64,000 bases of DNA from Mayamaea pseudoterrestris (taxonomy: Eukaryota). Where the stretch lies: assembly GCA_027923505.1 (NCBI GenBank), contig BROI01000028.1, positions 124,001 to 188,000 on the forward strand, read 5' to 3'. Within the stretch, counting starts at the first letter, position 1. Every line of letters begins with the position of its first letter. A program made the position numbers and the translations under genes. The notes under the pieces are model-generated. The model did not search any database. It saw only the letters and a list, made by a program, of their open reading frames with translations, and was not told where the DNA came from. Shown here piece after piece: positions 51,294 through 63,312 of the stretch.

Positions 51294-53834
51294 ATGGACG
51301 AGCGAAAAGCTTTTACAGATATCAGCAACTTAAGCATTGACAACATGTCTCTTCTAAAGTCCAGCAACTATAACAAACTCATCTCTACTGTCGCAGCTAC
51401 AGACGCCTCTGCTCCGCCCATGGTGTCGTTCCGGCAGCTTCCCAAGCGCAGGGTGCCGCTCAAGCGGCCTCCCTTTCGTCTTCCCTCCACCTTGGTTTTT
51501 GGTCGCACTCCAGTGACTCGCTTCTATAAGGTTCCCTTCCCAGTCGCTGGTGTGAACACGACGGAACCGATGGATGAAGGTACGTGCAATGTGCAATCTG
51601 AGTGCGAGTTGCCGAGTCGGTGCTGATTGATCGCCGGAAAGGAGTCGTACGCGACGCATCGCCAAATGGCGACTCGACTACTTGCTTGCTTGCTTGCTTG
51701 CTTGCTTATCAAACATCCTCTCACACTATACTCTTCACTTTACCCTATTCAATTGCTTTTTACAGCGATGTTCGCCGAAGTCACCCATGGGCCGACGGAT
51801 CCAGAGTCGACCATTCTCGTGGCGAGCGAGCGTCTGACGTGGGCGGAGACGGTATTACTCAAGATACAGGATTGGTCTACAATGGAGACCATGGAGGAAG
51901 GTCGAGTCGGAGTCATTGAGGTTCCAAAACTGTCTCGCGAGGAGCAGTTTCCATACTGGGACTTTGAGCGAGGCTGCCTCCGCAGCAACAGCAAGCCCAA
52001 GAGCAAGGCGATGCGTTTCTTTTGCTTGATGCTGGCGCTCGCAGCCGCATTTGCATTCGCATTCGCTAGTGGAAAGGCCACTCAGAGTGCGGCATTGAAC
52101 TTGCATGGCAAGATGCAGCCAGTCCTTAAGGTTGTCTGGCACGGCAACGAGACGGCGCAGCAGCTGGCTTTCGTCACGGTCGACTTGCATGGCGAGATGC
52201 AGCCAGTCTCCAAGGTTGTCTGGCACGGCAACGAGACGGCGCAGCAGCTGGCTTCCGTCGCGGTCGACTGTTTGGATGCATCCAACGCGACGAAGCAAGA
52301 CGACAGCAAGGCAGTTACCATTTTCAAAAGCGGAGCCTCGGATGTCTCGCGCGAGCTTTTCGAAATGTTCCTAGCCCAGCCAAGTATCACTTTTGGTTGG
52401 ATTAAGGAGGATCTTACCAAGGCGCTTGTTCCATTCACTGGCTTTCCGGTCAAGACCATGGCTTTCAAGTCGCAGCAGCTTGACGACAACGACAAGGCGG
52501 TCGCCATTTTCCAGTCACATGCGGGTGTCTCCCTTGACCGCTCCGTTTTGGACTTGCTCCTGGCCAAGCCACTTTTTGCTTTCGACTTTCGCAAGTTTAC
52601 ATTCAGCATGCAGCCCTTGTTGATGATTGCTGCGCCACCAAGCAATCCAATTGAGTCAGTCTCAAGCGCGGCAGTGGAACCGCGTCATGGATGGAGCCAG
52701 TTGATGGTTCATGGCGAAGGCCAATCGCTTGGGTCAGCCAAAGTCAAGTTTGAGTTCTTGGAGGATGAGACGACGGGCAACACGGTTCACATTGACTGCG
52801 AGTATAACGACAATTCACCTGGTTGGTTTAAAAGCAAGACGGTTGCTTTGGCACAAGTCACGCTTGTTCGCTCGCATGATCCATTTGCAGGGCGAGAGCT
52901 TTTGACGGTTGGCTTTGGGGACGGGCGTTTCAGTGTCACAGTCGTTTGCAGCGAGGCGGTTTCAAGCGAATCCTTTCCAGCACCAATGCTGAGCAAGGGT
53001 GCCAAAGCCTCTTCAGATGCTTCCTTCAAGTCGGACGCAAGCTCGTGTTGGCGGCTCTACCATGTTTTAATAGTGGTGTGGGTGGCGTTATGCACTATTG
53101 GCAAGCGAGAAGGGCGTCGTCGTTTCTTTGAGAAGCGTCGTCGTCAAGCTGCCAAGGCTGCTAAGGCCATGCGCAAGGCAGCTTTGGAAGAGGAGCAGCG
53201 CAGCATGGCAGCTTTGGAAGAGCAGCAGCGCAGCATCGCAGCTTTGGAAGAGCAGCAGCGCAGCATGGCAGCTTTGGAAGAGCAACAGCGCGGCATGGCA
53301 GCTTTGGAACAGCAGCAGCGCGGCATGGCAGCTTTGGAACAGCAGCAGCGCGGCATGGCAGCTTTGGAACAGCAGCAGCGCGGCAAGGCAGCTTTGGAAG
53401 AGCAGCAGCGCGGCAAGACAGCTTTGGAAGCGCAGCAACAAGGCAGCAAAGCTCAATGTGGACGTCATGTTCATTTTTCTGAACAGATTTCAGTCCGGAG
53501 CTTTGATCGGACGGTTGGATGTCGAATGCGGCAGGATCTCATAGATGGAAGACCTCCCGAGCTTGAGGGCTACCAGCTGGGGCTTGACTGGACCTTTGAG
53601 GACAGTAATGCAGACCTTGACTCATTTGGGCATGGTTGCAGCCGGCAGAATCATTCAGGATACCGCGTCCATTCGGGTCTGGCGCGTCGGCAGATTCTCT
53701 TGACCCATGGGCTGGCGCTGCAGGAGATCGAGTCTCTGAATTGGGACGACCGCATGAGCTACCTCGCTGATTTGGACGCCTTTTTTGCCAAGGCTGATGA
53801 CGATGATGACGATGACGACGCGGCTGGCTATTAG
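51294..53834 (+). CDS. Hypothetical two-TM protein with internal tandem repeats (784 aa; probable intron 51580-51765)
   Basis: The GTACGT..TTTACAG intron joins ORF 51213-51626 in frame to ORF 51627-53834. Two hydrophobic segments (FFCLMLALAAAFAFAFA; VLIVVWVALCTIG). Contains a 28-aa duplication and a 10-aa repeat. Confidence 0.62.
51681..51707. repeat. (CTTG)n microsatellite within the predicted intron
   Basis: CTTGCTTGCTTGCTTGCTTGCTTGCTT seen directly. Confidence 0.9.
52099..52269 (+). repeat. Two tandem 84-bp coding repeats (LHG[KE]MQPV.KVVWHGNETAQQLA.V.VD)
   Basis: Near-identical copies start at 52099 and 52183. Confidence 0.92.
53178..53447 (+). repeat. 30-bp coding minisatellite, ~9 copies (AALE[EQ]QQR[SG]M)
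   Basis: GCAGCTTTGGAA..CAGCAGCGC recurs every 30 bp from 53178 to 53418. Confidence 0.95.
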
Positions 53835-55191
53835 CCAGCCCGTTGGGATGAGTGCATGTTGCGTGTTGTGTTTAAGTGTTTACTGTATGAGTGTGTCTGT
53901 TTTGCGTCTGAGTGTTGCATATTGAGTGAGATGGAAGGACTTGAGTGAGGTGCGACCAACTGGCTGTGTTTGACTGGCATTCATACACATTACCTTACAC
54001 TCTTTCTTTCTTCTTTTGTTTTGCAGGTTGTTATTGGTGTCTGTTGGCTCGGTTCCTTTTGGTGCGGCGGTGTTATTTTTTGTTCGGCCTGATGTTGAAG
54101 GTGTGCACGGTGGAACTCTACTTGTGTCCTATTGACGGGCACAAGTGCCAGGTATTCTTGCGGCAGCATTGCGCCGTTAGACAAGCGTCCTACAGACGTC
54201 CGCGAGATACCAGGCTTTTGAGTTTAAACCACCAGCATGCACCTTCACTGAAGGTTGTTCACCCTTGGCGTCTCGGAGATGTGTCGGTGGAGGATTTCTA
54301 TCTCGGGTGTCTCTGGTTGCAGGTGGCGGGTCCATATTGGTTGCACTATTGTGTCGTTATCCCAGTCCATGGCCGATCTGCATGAAGACCAGAGACGTGA
54401 AGCCCTTGAGAGTCGCGCCTCCATGCCCGATCACTGATCCTTGATTGTCCCCTTTACTTTCGGTGGTCTTATATATACATATCTATTTTAAATTCGATTC
54501 ATATTACTGTAGGTTTCAATGTTTTAACAATCAATTTGTCTTTTAGTATACTGTGTAAATTTAAACGTAGGTACCATGGCACGTAGGTACTTTATAGCCA
54601 TGGTAAAAGCGTAGGCGTTCGCAATTTGTTGTGGCGGGTTGATTGGATTAACAGCAGATGATTACGACTCGCACAATCAAGTATGCATGCTCCGCATCAA
54701 TAACGACGCCTCTCTGACGCGGGGGCGGCGATGGCTCCGGTTTGTTTGAAATTGCGGGTCCGTGTGGAAGATGAAGCGTACCAGCTTTAGCGGTACAATG
54801 AGAACCTCCCCTCGCGAAGTGGGTGAGCAGCTACAAATAACGTTGCCAGTTTTTGCAATCTTGAAGCAAAGCATAGGGAGCTGATGCCAGCAACCATAGG
54901 GGAGATGGGGATATATATTTCGGTGATCGACATGCCCACCACCGCAAATGGAACGACACAGACTACTTCTTGTCCTTGTTGCGTTTCCTGCCTCATTGGC
55001 GCCTTGAACTATCCAAGCGTGACTTACTCTGTACCTTTTCCACGCTTCAAGCATACGTTTAGCACTTAATACTTTAATGGTTGGATTTATATATGGCGCA
55101 GTCAGTCCGGCGGACGAAGTCATAGGCAATTCGTACCGTCGAGGAGGAGCTGATTGCGGGTCTACTTTTGATGCGAATGCGGCGTTGCGGG

Positions 55192-56490
55192 TCATTGCAG
55201 TAGCTCGACGATTGTTTCTTTGCAAGCATGATGGTTTCCTGTTTCCAGTCCATCATCTCCATCGGCGTACCAAACATAGTGTTGCAGCATGAAAATCGTA
55301 TCGAATGTGATTGAAACTAGACCGAGCACAAGCTTGGCCAAGTTCCCCGTAATACCAGACCAGTCGTTCAATACATAGCAGTCGCCGACAAGCTGCAAGT
55401 CGCTGAGTATGCCACCCGAAAAGTCGAGAATGATTTGCCAAATGCCTAAGAGTTAGTTGAAAGAGTGAGCCGAATATTGGAAACGAGTGACATGATGTAG
55501 CAGCCAACACGTACTCCATCCCAAGGTACTCTTTCGCTGATAGTTGAGATGAACTTGCGGCACATACTTGATCAGCGTCACTCCAATCTTGACAAAGGAA
55601 AGCAAGTAAAAGTAGTCGAGCCAAGTCAGCGTCCATCCCTGCCACAATGCTCCGTCGCCAGTCGAAACGACAATCGTCGGCGTCAAGATGATGATGGTAA
55701 GGAGGACGCAAATGACGCGCGAAATAAGCTTGCTGGGGCCCTGCGACTGTCCAAATAGGCCATCGTAGTATGCAATCTGTCCCAGTGTCAAAATGGTCAA
55801 CATCAATGCATGCACAGCAAAGGCCACGTCGTTGCTTTGAACTGCAATCGCAGCGTTCCGTCCATACTTGTCGCGGTATTGGTCCTGAATAGTCGCACTA
55901 TAGTAGAGAGCACAGACATACATGGTGTAGCAAGCAAATCCGATAACGTTTAGAACTGTTGATCAACGCTATGAGTGAGAACTGGGAATCAAGAAAGCAT
56001 CTCGTGACGTAAACCTGTGGTCAGACGCACCTGCAAAGTCTGCCGAAAGACCAACTGTCGTTTTCCTTCTATAATTGTTAATTAATTGTGGATAAAAGCT
56101 CACACTCCAGCTGACAAAGTACATGTATCCGACGCAGTTGCTGCACCAGCGATAAAAGGGAGAGGAAAGGCTCGGATCGGATGGCATGATCGACCCGAGC
56201 AGAATGCCAACGACAGTCAAAGCGCACCATCCAATGCATATTGCCGTTTTACTGTCATCTGCGCCTGTGATAGGATTGATCATTGTACTAAACAGCGCCA
56301 TGTAGTTCGTCAATGAGGTGCGATTGTGATCCCTGCTCTCACTTTCGTTGGAACTGGAATCGCGGTCGAGCAGTGATTGAAGCGGGTCGTCATTCGACAG
56401 CCCTCTGGGTGTATTCTCCGAAAGGGCATCTGTAGCACCTTCACTTCTACTGTCCTTGCGCATGTTGGGCTGACTCATGGAGGAAGACAT
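55192..56490 (-). CDS. CTNS: Cystinosin/ERS1-like PQ-loop lysosomal/vacuolar transporter (384 aa; introns 55956-56030 and 55446-55514)
   Basis: PQ loop 1 [39 protein letters not shown] loop 2 [52 protein letters not shown]. Confidence 0.9.
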
Positions 56491-56704
56491 GGTCGACACT
56501 AACAAGCGACGAGCGATCCATTGTTTGTCATCATGGTGATGTCAATTTTTCGAGATTTTGTCTTTTCATTCCCGCTCTAACATCTTTTCACTTACTGTTA
56601 GAAACCGCTGCGTTTCTCGCGCTCGCGTCGCTGTTTCGATTGCCGAACGTGCACAAGGTTGGCATCACTCATCGTTCACCCACACAAAACCAAGTTGCAT
56701 CAAG

Positions 56705-59700
56705 ATGAAGACAAGCACTACTTCACAACCAATTAGAATTAAGCGAAACGACAATCAAAGCAATGCAAGGTTTACTGAAAGCAAAAGCAGTGGAAACCTC
56801 GAGAAACTATCGCAGTCGCTCGGAACGCATGCACCGGGTCGATTGACGAGGTAGGTAGTTTGTCGCAACAATGTCGTGCAAACGTGGATGCTTGAGTCTA
56901 ATGCTCTTGTCTCTTGTTTCAGACATGTAACAAATGTTTCAGACATTTTCTATGCTGGTTATCTACTCAAGCGAAGCAATAAGCCCGTCACGAGGTGTCC
57001 GCTGCCGTTCTCGGCCGAGGAATCGCTGCCGCACCAGCAGCAGCATGTTTCTGCAGCCCAAGCTGCTTCATCTCCTCCAGCTCCTTATACATTTCTTCGT
57101 CATCGGTCGGAAGTAGACGTGTTTAACGCGAGTGACTTGGATTTATCGAGCACGACAAGCAGCAATTTTCATTTATCTCCGACGCTGCCGCTGCACGAAA
57201 TTGTGCAGCACGACAGTCAACAATATTCGGAGCTTCAGGAGTTTGCGCATGCATTATTCGGAATTGATAGTAGCATTGGATTATTTGCCGCGCCGTCGCC
57301 AGCGACTCAACGAAATAGTGCAAGCTCGCCACTGTCGGCGCAAGCGACGCCGCCATTGCGGCGGACTGAGCCACTGCAGATTCCGACACCAGATTCATAT
57401 TATACCAAGCGAGATTCGTTTCGACAAACGCGGCGAACATCGGAACCCTCGCTCTACGCAACTAGTCCTGGTGGATCGTCTTCGTCGTGTGCGGGTCATG
57501 GACACTCCGGGACGCCGACGGATGTGCTGGAACAGGATCAGCACGTGTGGCGAGCAAAGTATTGTGTTTTGGAAAATGGATTACTATACTTTTATCGCCA
57601 TCAGGTTGATGCGGAACTAGTGGAAGCTCGATTAGAGCGGCAGCAGCTACTGCTGGAGTTACAGCAACAGACTGTTCATACACCTTGCCAGTCCAAAGCG
57701 AGCGTTAGAACTGGTGTTACAACAGGTGATCCGCCGTGGCTACGACCCTCACTGGCCATGTCACCCATGCATCATAAACATGAGTTTGCCTTTATGAGTT
57801 CGAGTCACCACCATGATGATTCGGTAGCAGCTCCTGCATTTCCGAGAATATGCGAAAAGTTTGTAGCGCTGAGTACGGTTGGAGCAGTTCGATCGGCTGA
57901 GCTGGAGCATGGGCCACATTCGTTCGTGTTAGCTTCGGAGGATGAAGATCCATTGATATTGCGAGCTCAGTCGAACGAAGACATGAGTGAGTGGATTTTT
58001 CAGTTTCATCGATCAATTGCAAGCTATGTCATGGGTATAATGGAAAGTTGCAGTTTGGCTTGGAACAGTAATCAATTGATTCGAAGAAATAAAGCTCTTT
58101 TATCGGCGCGGGGCGATATAGCCATGACACTTTCACCGAGGGGACACAAGGCGGTAATGACTATGACAGATGGTCCTGGTACTGCATCCTCTTCCTTGAG
58201 TCATGGTCATGGGCGGACATTGCTTAACCGGAAACGAACGAGTAGTGCTGGCAGTACATCGATTCGCTTGGCACAGTCGTTTCATGAACACAGGTCGCCT
58301 CTTGCGCTTGGTTTTCCGATACTGCCATACCAGCAGTCGCAGCCTGCATGGACGCCTCCGCGCAATGCGCAGAGCCTTGCCACACCGCCGCAGGATGCTC
58401 AAGCACAAGAGGTGACATCGCCGGAGTTTTCGGCGCCACAGTCCGACTACCCTGAGACGGAACGCCCTCCGCCATCACGACCAGGCAAATACTTGCCTCC
58501 TCATTTGCGCAACAAGGAAACACTTTCGCCAACCGAATGTATATCATTGCAGATGCGCGAGCAGTCAGCGCATCGTTACGTGCCACCGCAGCAGAGGTCT
58601 AGCTCAAGCAATTATACATCTTTGTTCATGCGTAATTCTCTGATCGGTTTGAATCCATCTCAGCTACACTGTGATGATGCTACGCCGCACCATGTACACG
58701 TAAACGCAGTGGAAGAGGAGGACGAGGTTACGGACCATCTCATGATGTTTGACGAGACGGACATGGATGACGCTATATGTCCAGATGGAATAAAACTTGG
58801 CGGTTGTGCAGATCCCTTGCTGGTCGAGGGCAGTATACTGGACGCTGTTTATATTCCTCGGAAAGCCAGTAGATCAGGGAAGACTTCTACCGTTCCATTT
58901 GGTTGTCGTTCCAGCAACGAGGGTCAGGCCGGAAACAGATTACGTTTCGAAATCGGCGCGGTGTCTGAATGCGGCATTCGTGACAGCAATGAGGATGCCT
59001 TCGTTGTTGCCACGGACGTGCTTTTGGCCGCAATGCACAACGGGACAGACATGAGCGAGACGGTGTGGGATATGGATGACTCAATGCATCCGCCTGGTTT
59101 GTTTGCGGTTTTTGATGGTCATTGCGGAGATCATGCGGCAAGGTTTGCTGCCGAAAGATTACTGTCGTACGTGCAAGCGCATTCCGCTAATGATTCGGAC
59201 AATATGAGCACCCAGGCAGAGCGTATAAAGAAGGTTTTGCGCAAGGCAATTAGGCAGCTGGATGACGAATTTTGCAATATTTGCGTTGCAGATGGCCGTG
59301 ATTGGGAGTCTGGGGCGACAGCTTTGATTGCCGCGCTGGTGAACGAGCAGCTTGTGATTGCCAATCTTGGCGACGCACGCGGCGTCATTTGCCGATCTGT
59401 TACGAATGTGACTGGAATGTTGGATAACGGATGGACTGAGCTACCATCCTCTGACTATATCAGCACCGAAGGACGCGTCTTTTGGAAACAAATTACATCG
59501 ACGCACACTCCCTCACGCGCGGACGAACGTGCTCGTATCGAAAATGCTAATGGTTGGATAACTTTCGAGAAAGAAATACCAATTGGCCAATTGCAGCGCA
59601 TGGTGTTGTTTGATGAAGATGTTCTTGACATTCTACAGCGCTGCTTTGCAGATCGGATCCCGTCGGCGTCGCCCAGGGCTGCAGCTCCACAGAGAATTCT

Positions 59701-60151
59701 TCAGATATCACGCGTTTGTGGTGAGCTTGCTGTGAGCCGCGCCATTGGCGATCGTGATTTTAAATCGGCACATAATAGAGCGGGCAATCCTCATCGACCA
59801 CTTGACTCAACACTCGAAGATGAATGGCACAATGCGTCACTTTTCCTCCCATATCCTGACAATCACTGTCGCTCGTTTGTCGGCGACCTAGTTAGCAATG
59901 ATCCTGATTTTGAGTTTGTTTCTGTCGGGGAACCAGGAGTGACCGACGAGTTTTTGTTGCTTTGCTGCGACGGACTGTGGGATGTAATGGACTCGGACGA
60001 TGCTGTCCGAGTAACGCGAGATTTGCTATTCGAGAAAGGCTGGTCAGCGAAGCAAGCTGCAAGTCGCTTGGCGGAACTTGCTATCCATCTGGGATCGTCG
60101 GATAACATTACAGTGATTGTGATTCGCTTTCTAGAAAGAAACAAAATCTAG
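56705..60151 (+). CDS. PP2C (PPM) phosphatase with N-terminal split PH domain (1124 aa; intron 56851-56922)
   Basis: PH pieces YAGYLLKRS / WRAKYCVLENGLLYFY / LILRAQSNEDMSEWI. PP2C motifs RDSNEDA, VFDGHCG, ANLGDAR, LAVSRAIGD, CDGLWDV, SDNITV. Confidence 0.9.
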
Positions 60152-60253
60152 CGATGCGAGGAATGTTGCTAATAGCATTTTTAACGAATGATTACCAAAC
60201 TATATAAAATATATACTTCACTCTGTGGCTTGACCTCATTTCTTCCATGTACT

Positions 60254-62848
60254 TTAGAACCTCGAGACTGCTGCCGCTGTCAAGCCGTAAAATGACTCTG
60301 GGCGGTCTACCAACGGCTCAGCGCCATCGACCAAACAAAACTTCCATCCCAAATGAGACAGACATATACCGCATGACATAATGTAATACCCGTACCCAGG
60401 AAACCAGCTGTCTTTTGTCGCGAGTGAACCTCGTAACCTCACATCAAACTCATTCAATTCGCGTACTGTTGTCGTCTGGTGCACATATCCTTGCGGATTA
60501 ACGTAAAATCCTGTCGTCCCGTCCGTACCGCTTAGTGAAAAGATGTTTGTGGTTTTTGTCAAGGGGTGACTGCAACTTTTGCAATAAAGCGACGCGCCAT
60601 TATAAACTAGAATTTTCTTATAAATGTATTCGAGGCGACTGACAATGCTCTCGCATTCAAGAACTTCGAGCTTCTCCGTGCTGGAGAGAGGCAAATTTGC
60701 ACCCAACCAGTAGCTGAAATGTGCTGGATCGCAGAGCCTTGTGTTTGTGTCACCTTCTGCGTGCCTCTCAAAATCAGGCAGCGACTGCCAGACACCATGA
60801 AGAGTAGGAGTTTGTTTCAAAGCGTCACGAATAATCGTCATTAGTCTCCATGGCGAAAACTTCCAAAAAACGTACGCCGGCACCGGCGTTACTGCTGCCA
60901 TGTAATGCGTAGCTAGCTTTTGGCGCTTTCGAACTCTCCCTATAATTGACGCGGGAGGCAGGACGCTAACCTCTTCTCCAATAACTTCCACCATAAACTT
61001 TCTTAATGTACGCTCACTTCCTGGGCGACTCTGACTATTCGCATCGCTCTGATCAAGGCCACTGATAATACGAAATCGACAGGTGGCCACAGCCGTAATT
61101 ACCAGTTCCTCGCCGCCACTAGTGAAAGCTTCACCGTCCTCATGAGTGTACAAAACTGTCACGATTGTCCCAATACGTCCATTGTACGACACAGGTTCAT
61201 TTCTTACTACTTCCTCTCGGCCAAGTGACCCAAACAGGCTGCCAAACAATGATCCAAAAGATCGTTGGCGCGCCGGATATCGAAAGAAAAGGGTAGCATC
61301 GTTATCATCAAGGCTTTGCAAGCCGAGGCTTGGAATTGCTGGTTCAATAGAACTTTGACTACTACTACTGACGCTGATGTCTTCGTTAGCCATTATCGCT
61401 TGCTGAGCAGCTGCTGCTGGACTTCCGGTCGCTGCGCTGCCACGCCCTCCCCTTGGCAGTAACATTGGCATTGAATCATCAGTACCGTCCAATGAATGAT
61501 GAGATTCCAACTGTGGCAGCGATGAATGAGAAACAGTTGACGTGTCGATGCTGTGGACATCATCGTCGTCGCCTCGCAGCTCCTCTGATGACGGTGCAGG
61601 TGCCAACTGCACATTATTATCTGCGGACAAAGCGACGACGAATCCATCCATGGCGGAATTGTCACTTGGATTATTGCCTTCCTGCCGATTCTCAACCAAC
61701 GTCCTCGCATCAGATATATGGCGATCAACATCCAACGTGTCCATCGACATCCGAACGCGGCTGCTGAACTCTGGCATTGAAATGCGTGTAGAACTGTCAT
61801 CATCACTGTTGTTACTGCCGGTACCAGAACGTGTGGGTTGTGCAACTGCAGCCGCTACGGCGGGAGCTGCAACCTGAGATGCCATCGCAGGCATGGGCTC
61901 ATCAGAACTCGCCTCATCGTCGCTAGGAGGTTCATTCGACAAATTTAACACACTTCCCTCCAACGTGGCAAAGGCAAAATTCTGCGACCCTTCAGACGTA
62001 ACGACCGTTGCCGCTTGGGCGCTCCTCGCTCGTCCTCGAATGCGGGCAGCTATATTGCCGCGACCTGCGTGACCGGCTTGTAAAATCGACTCTGGCAGGT
62101 TGTATTGACTCCGAATATCAACACTTGCGCGATTCAGTTGCTCTGCATTGTTCGTGGAAGCAGATGCTGTTGCATTTAGAGCGTTTACAACATTATCGCC
62201 TGCACCGGCAAATCGCCTTCTATTTAGACTCGATTGTAAATTAATAAGACCTGCATCAGGATGCAGTTGACCGCCCCAGGGACGCGTCCGTGTACCGAAT
62301 AAGAAGTTTGATTCACGTCCCATCGTTCGTCTCGTCCAAGAGTCCCGCTGACGAGCATGTGCATCAGGTTCGGGCGATTTATCACACAAAATGCCAAACT
62401 GAACCAATTTCGGACTTGCTCCAGACTTCTTGTCTGCTGCTCGCGCCGCTTCTATTTGCTCCTGCAAGTGTTGAATCCACGCGCGCTCCTTGAAACGCAT
62501 CGGAATGGTATCTCCCGGGAATACAACAACGTCCATGTTCATGACCGCAAGCGTTCTGTAATTGGGACGAATTGCCAGTGGTTCCTGCGAATTGCGACGA
62601 ATAGTCGTTGCAGCAGTCGAGTCATCGTACGGATTCGTCTTGTAAGTGGAAGTTTCCCGAGTGGTTTGGCGAGTATCAGTTGTATTTGCATCGCTGCCAA
62701 GATTTACAGCAGTCGATGATGCAATATTCGTCCAGTGATTCGCCGTGGAAAGAATTTGTAGCGAGCCCGATGGAAGGTAGGAGTGTTCGCGCGCGGTCGG
62801 CTGCAGCGGCAGCGATGGAGCGGAGGCGCGCTCTGGATCAGACGACAT
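60254..62848 (-). CDS. CRBN: Cereblon-like protein (Lon-N domain + CULT/thalidomide-binding domain)
   Basis: VVVFPGDTIPMRF; FSYWLGANLPLS..KLEVL..RL; CKSC..YVNPQGYVHQT..SWFPGY..CGIC..HLGWKF..FYGL. A long low-complexity insert lies inside Lon-N. Confidence 0.85.
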   Translation of the reverse strand: MSSDPERASAPSLPLQPTAREHSYLPSGSLQILSTANHWTNIASSTAVNLGSDANTTDTRQTTRETSTYKTNPYDDSTAATTIRRNSQEPLAIRPNYRTLAVMNMDVVVFPGDTIPMRFKERAWIQHLQEQIEAARAADKKSGASPKLVQFGILCDKSPEPDAHARQRDSWTRRTMGRESNFLFGTRTRPWGGQLHPDAGLINLQSSLNRRRFAGAGDNVVNALNATASASTNNAEQLNRASVDIRSQYNLPESILQAGHAGRGNIAARIRGRARSAQAATVVTSEGSQNFAFATLEGSVLNLSNEPPSDDEASSDEPMPAMASQVAAPAVAAAVAQPTRSGTGSNNSDDDSSTRISMPEFSSRVRMSMDTLDVDRHISDARTLVENRQEGNNPSDNSAMDGFVVALSADNNVQLAPAPSSEELRGDDDDVHSIDTSTVSHSSLPQLESHHSLDGTDDSMPMLLPRGGRGSAATGSPAAAAQQAIMANEDISVSSSSQSSIEPAIPSLGLQSLDDNDATLFFRYPARQRSFGSLFGSLFGSLGREEVVRNEPVSYNGRIGTIVTVLYTHEDGEAFTSGGEELVITAVATCRFRIISGLDQSDANSQSRPGSERTLRKFMVEVIGEEVSVLPPASIIGRVRKRQKLATHYMAAVTPVPAYVFWKFSPWRLMTIIRDALKQTPTLHGVWQSLPDFERHAEGDTNTRLCDPAHFSYWLGANLPLSSTEKLEVLECESIVSRLEYIYKKILVYNGASLYCKSCSHPLTKTTNIFSLSGTDGTTGFYVNPQGYVHQTTTVRELNEFDVRLRGSLATKDSWFPGYGYYIMSCGICLSHLGWKFCLVDGAEPLVDRPESFYGLTAAAVSRF

Positions 62849-63312
62849 GCTGTTAATTTTAATGTATCGAATATAGCAACAATAAAGGGAGACGGCGAAA
62901 TGTTTTGTCAAGCAGCGAACTCGTCGATCTTGATCACACTTCTTGTCATGTTGTGATGTGTGATGTGCGAAATGGCCTGCCAAGATATCGCTGCGACAGA
63001 GTATTCACTGTGGAGACGAACACTTTCATTCCCGTCTGACGTCATCGGCATTGGCATGCATTGGTTCTCGATCGTGCATCATGCAAAGGGTCGACATTCG
63101 ACCATGACATTGCTGAGCGGACCATATCATAAGCTACAAGTGCTACAGTTTGCGGTTTGAGTTGCAACCGATTAAACGAAAGTTGCGAGATTGTGACGAA
63201 TACGGTCGCTTTATTTACTCACCCTTCGGCAACACATTCCGACTCGACGATTCATCGGCTCATCGATCGTGCATCGCTCCTCCACCAAAATCGCAACGAC
63301 AACTTTATCAAC

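Noticed and set aside
53945..55225. 146-aa (+) and 182-aa (-) ORFs between the orphan gene and cystinosin
   Set aside because: No recognisable motifs; composition is UTR/intergenic-like, and the latter overlaps the cystinosin 3' end.
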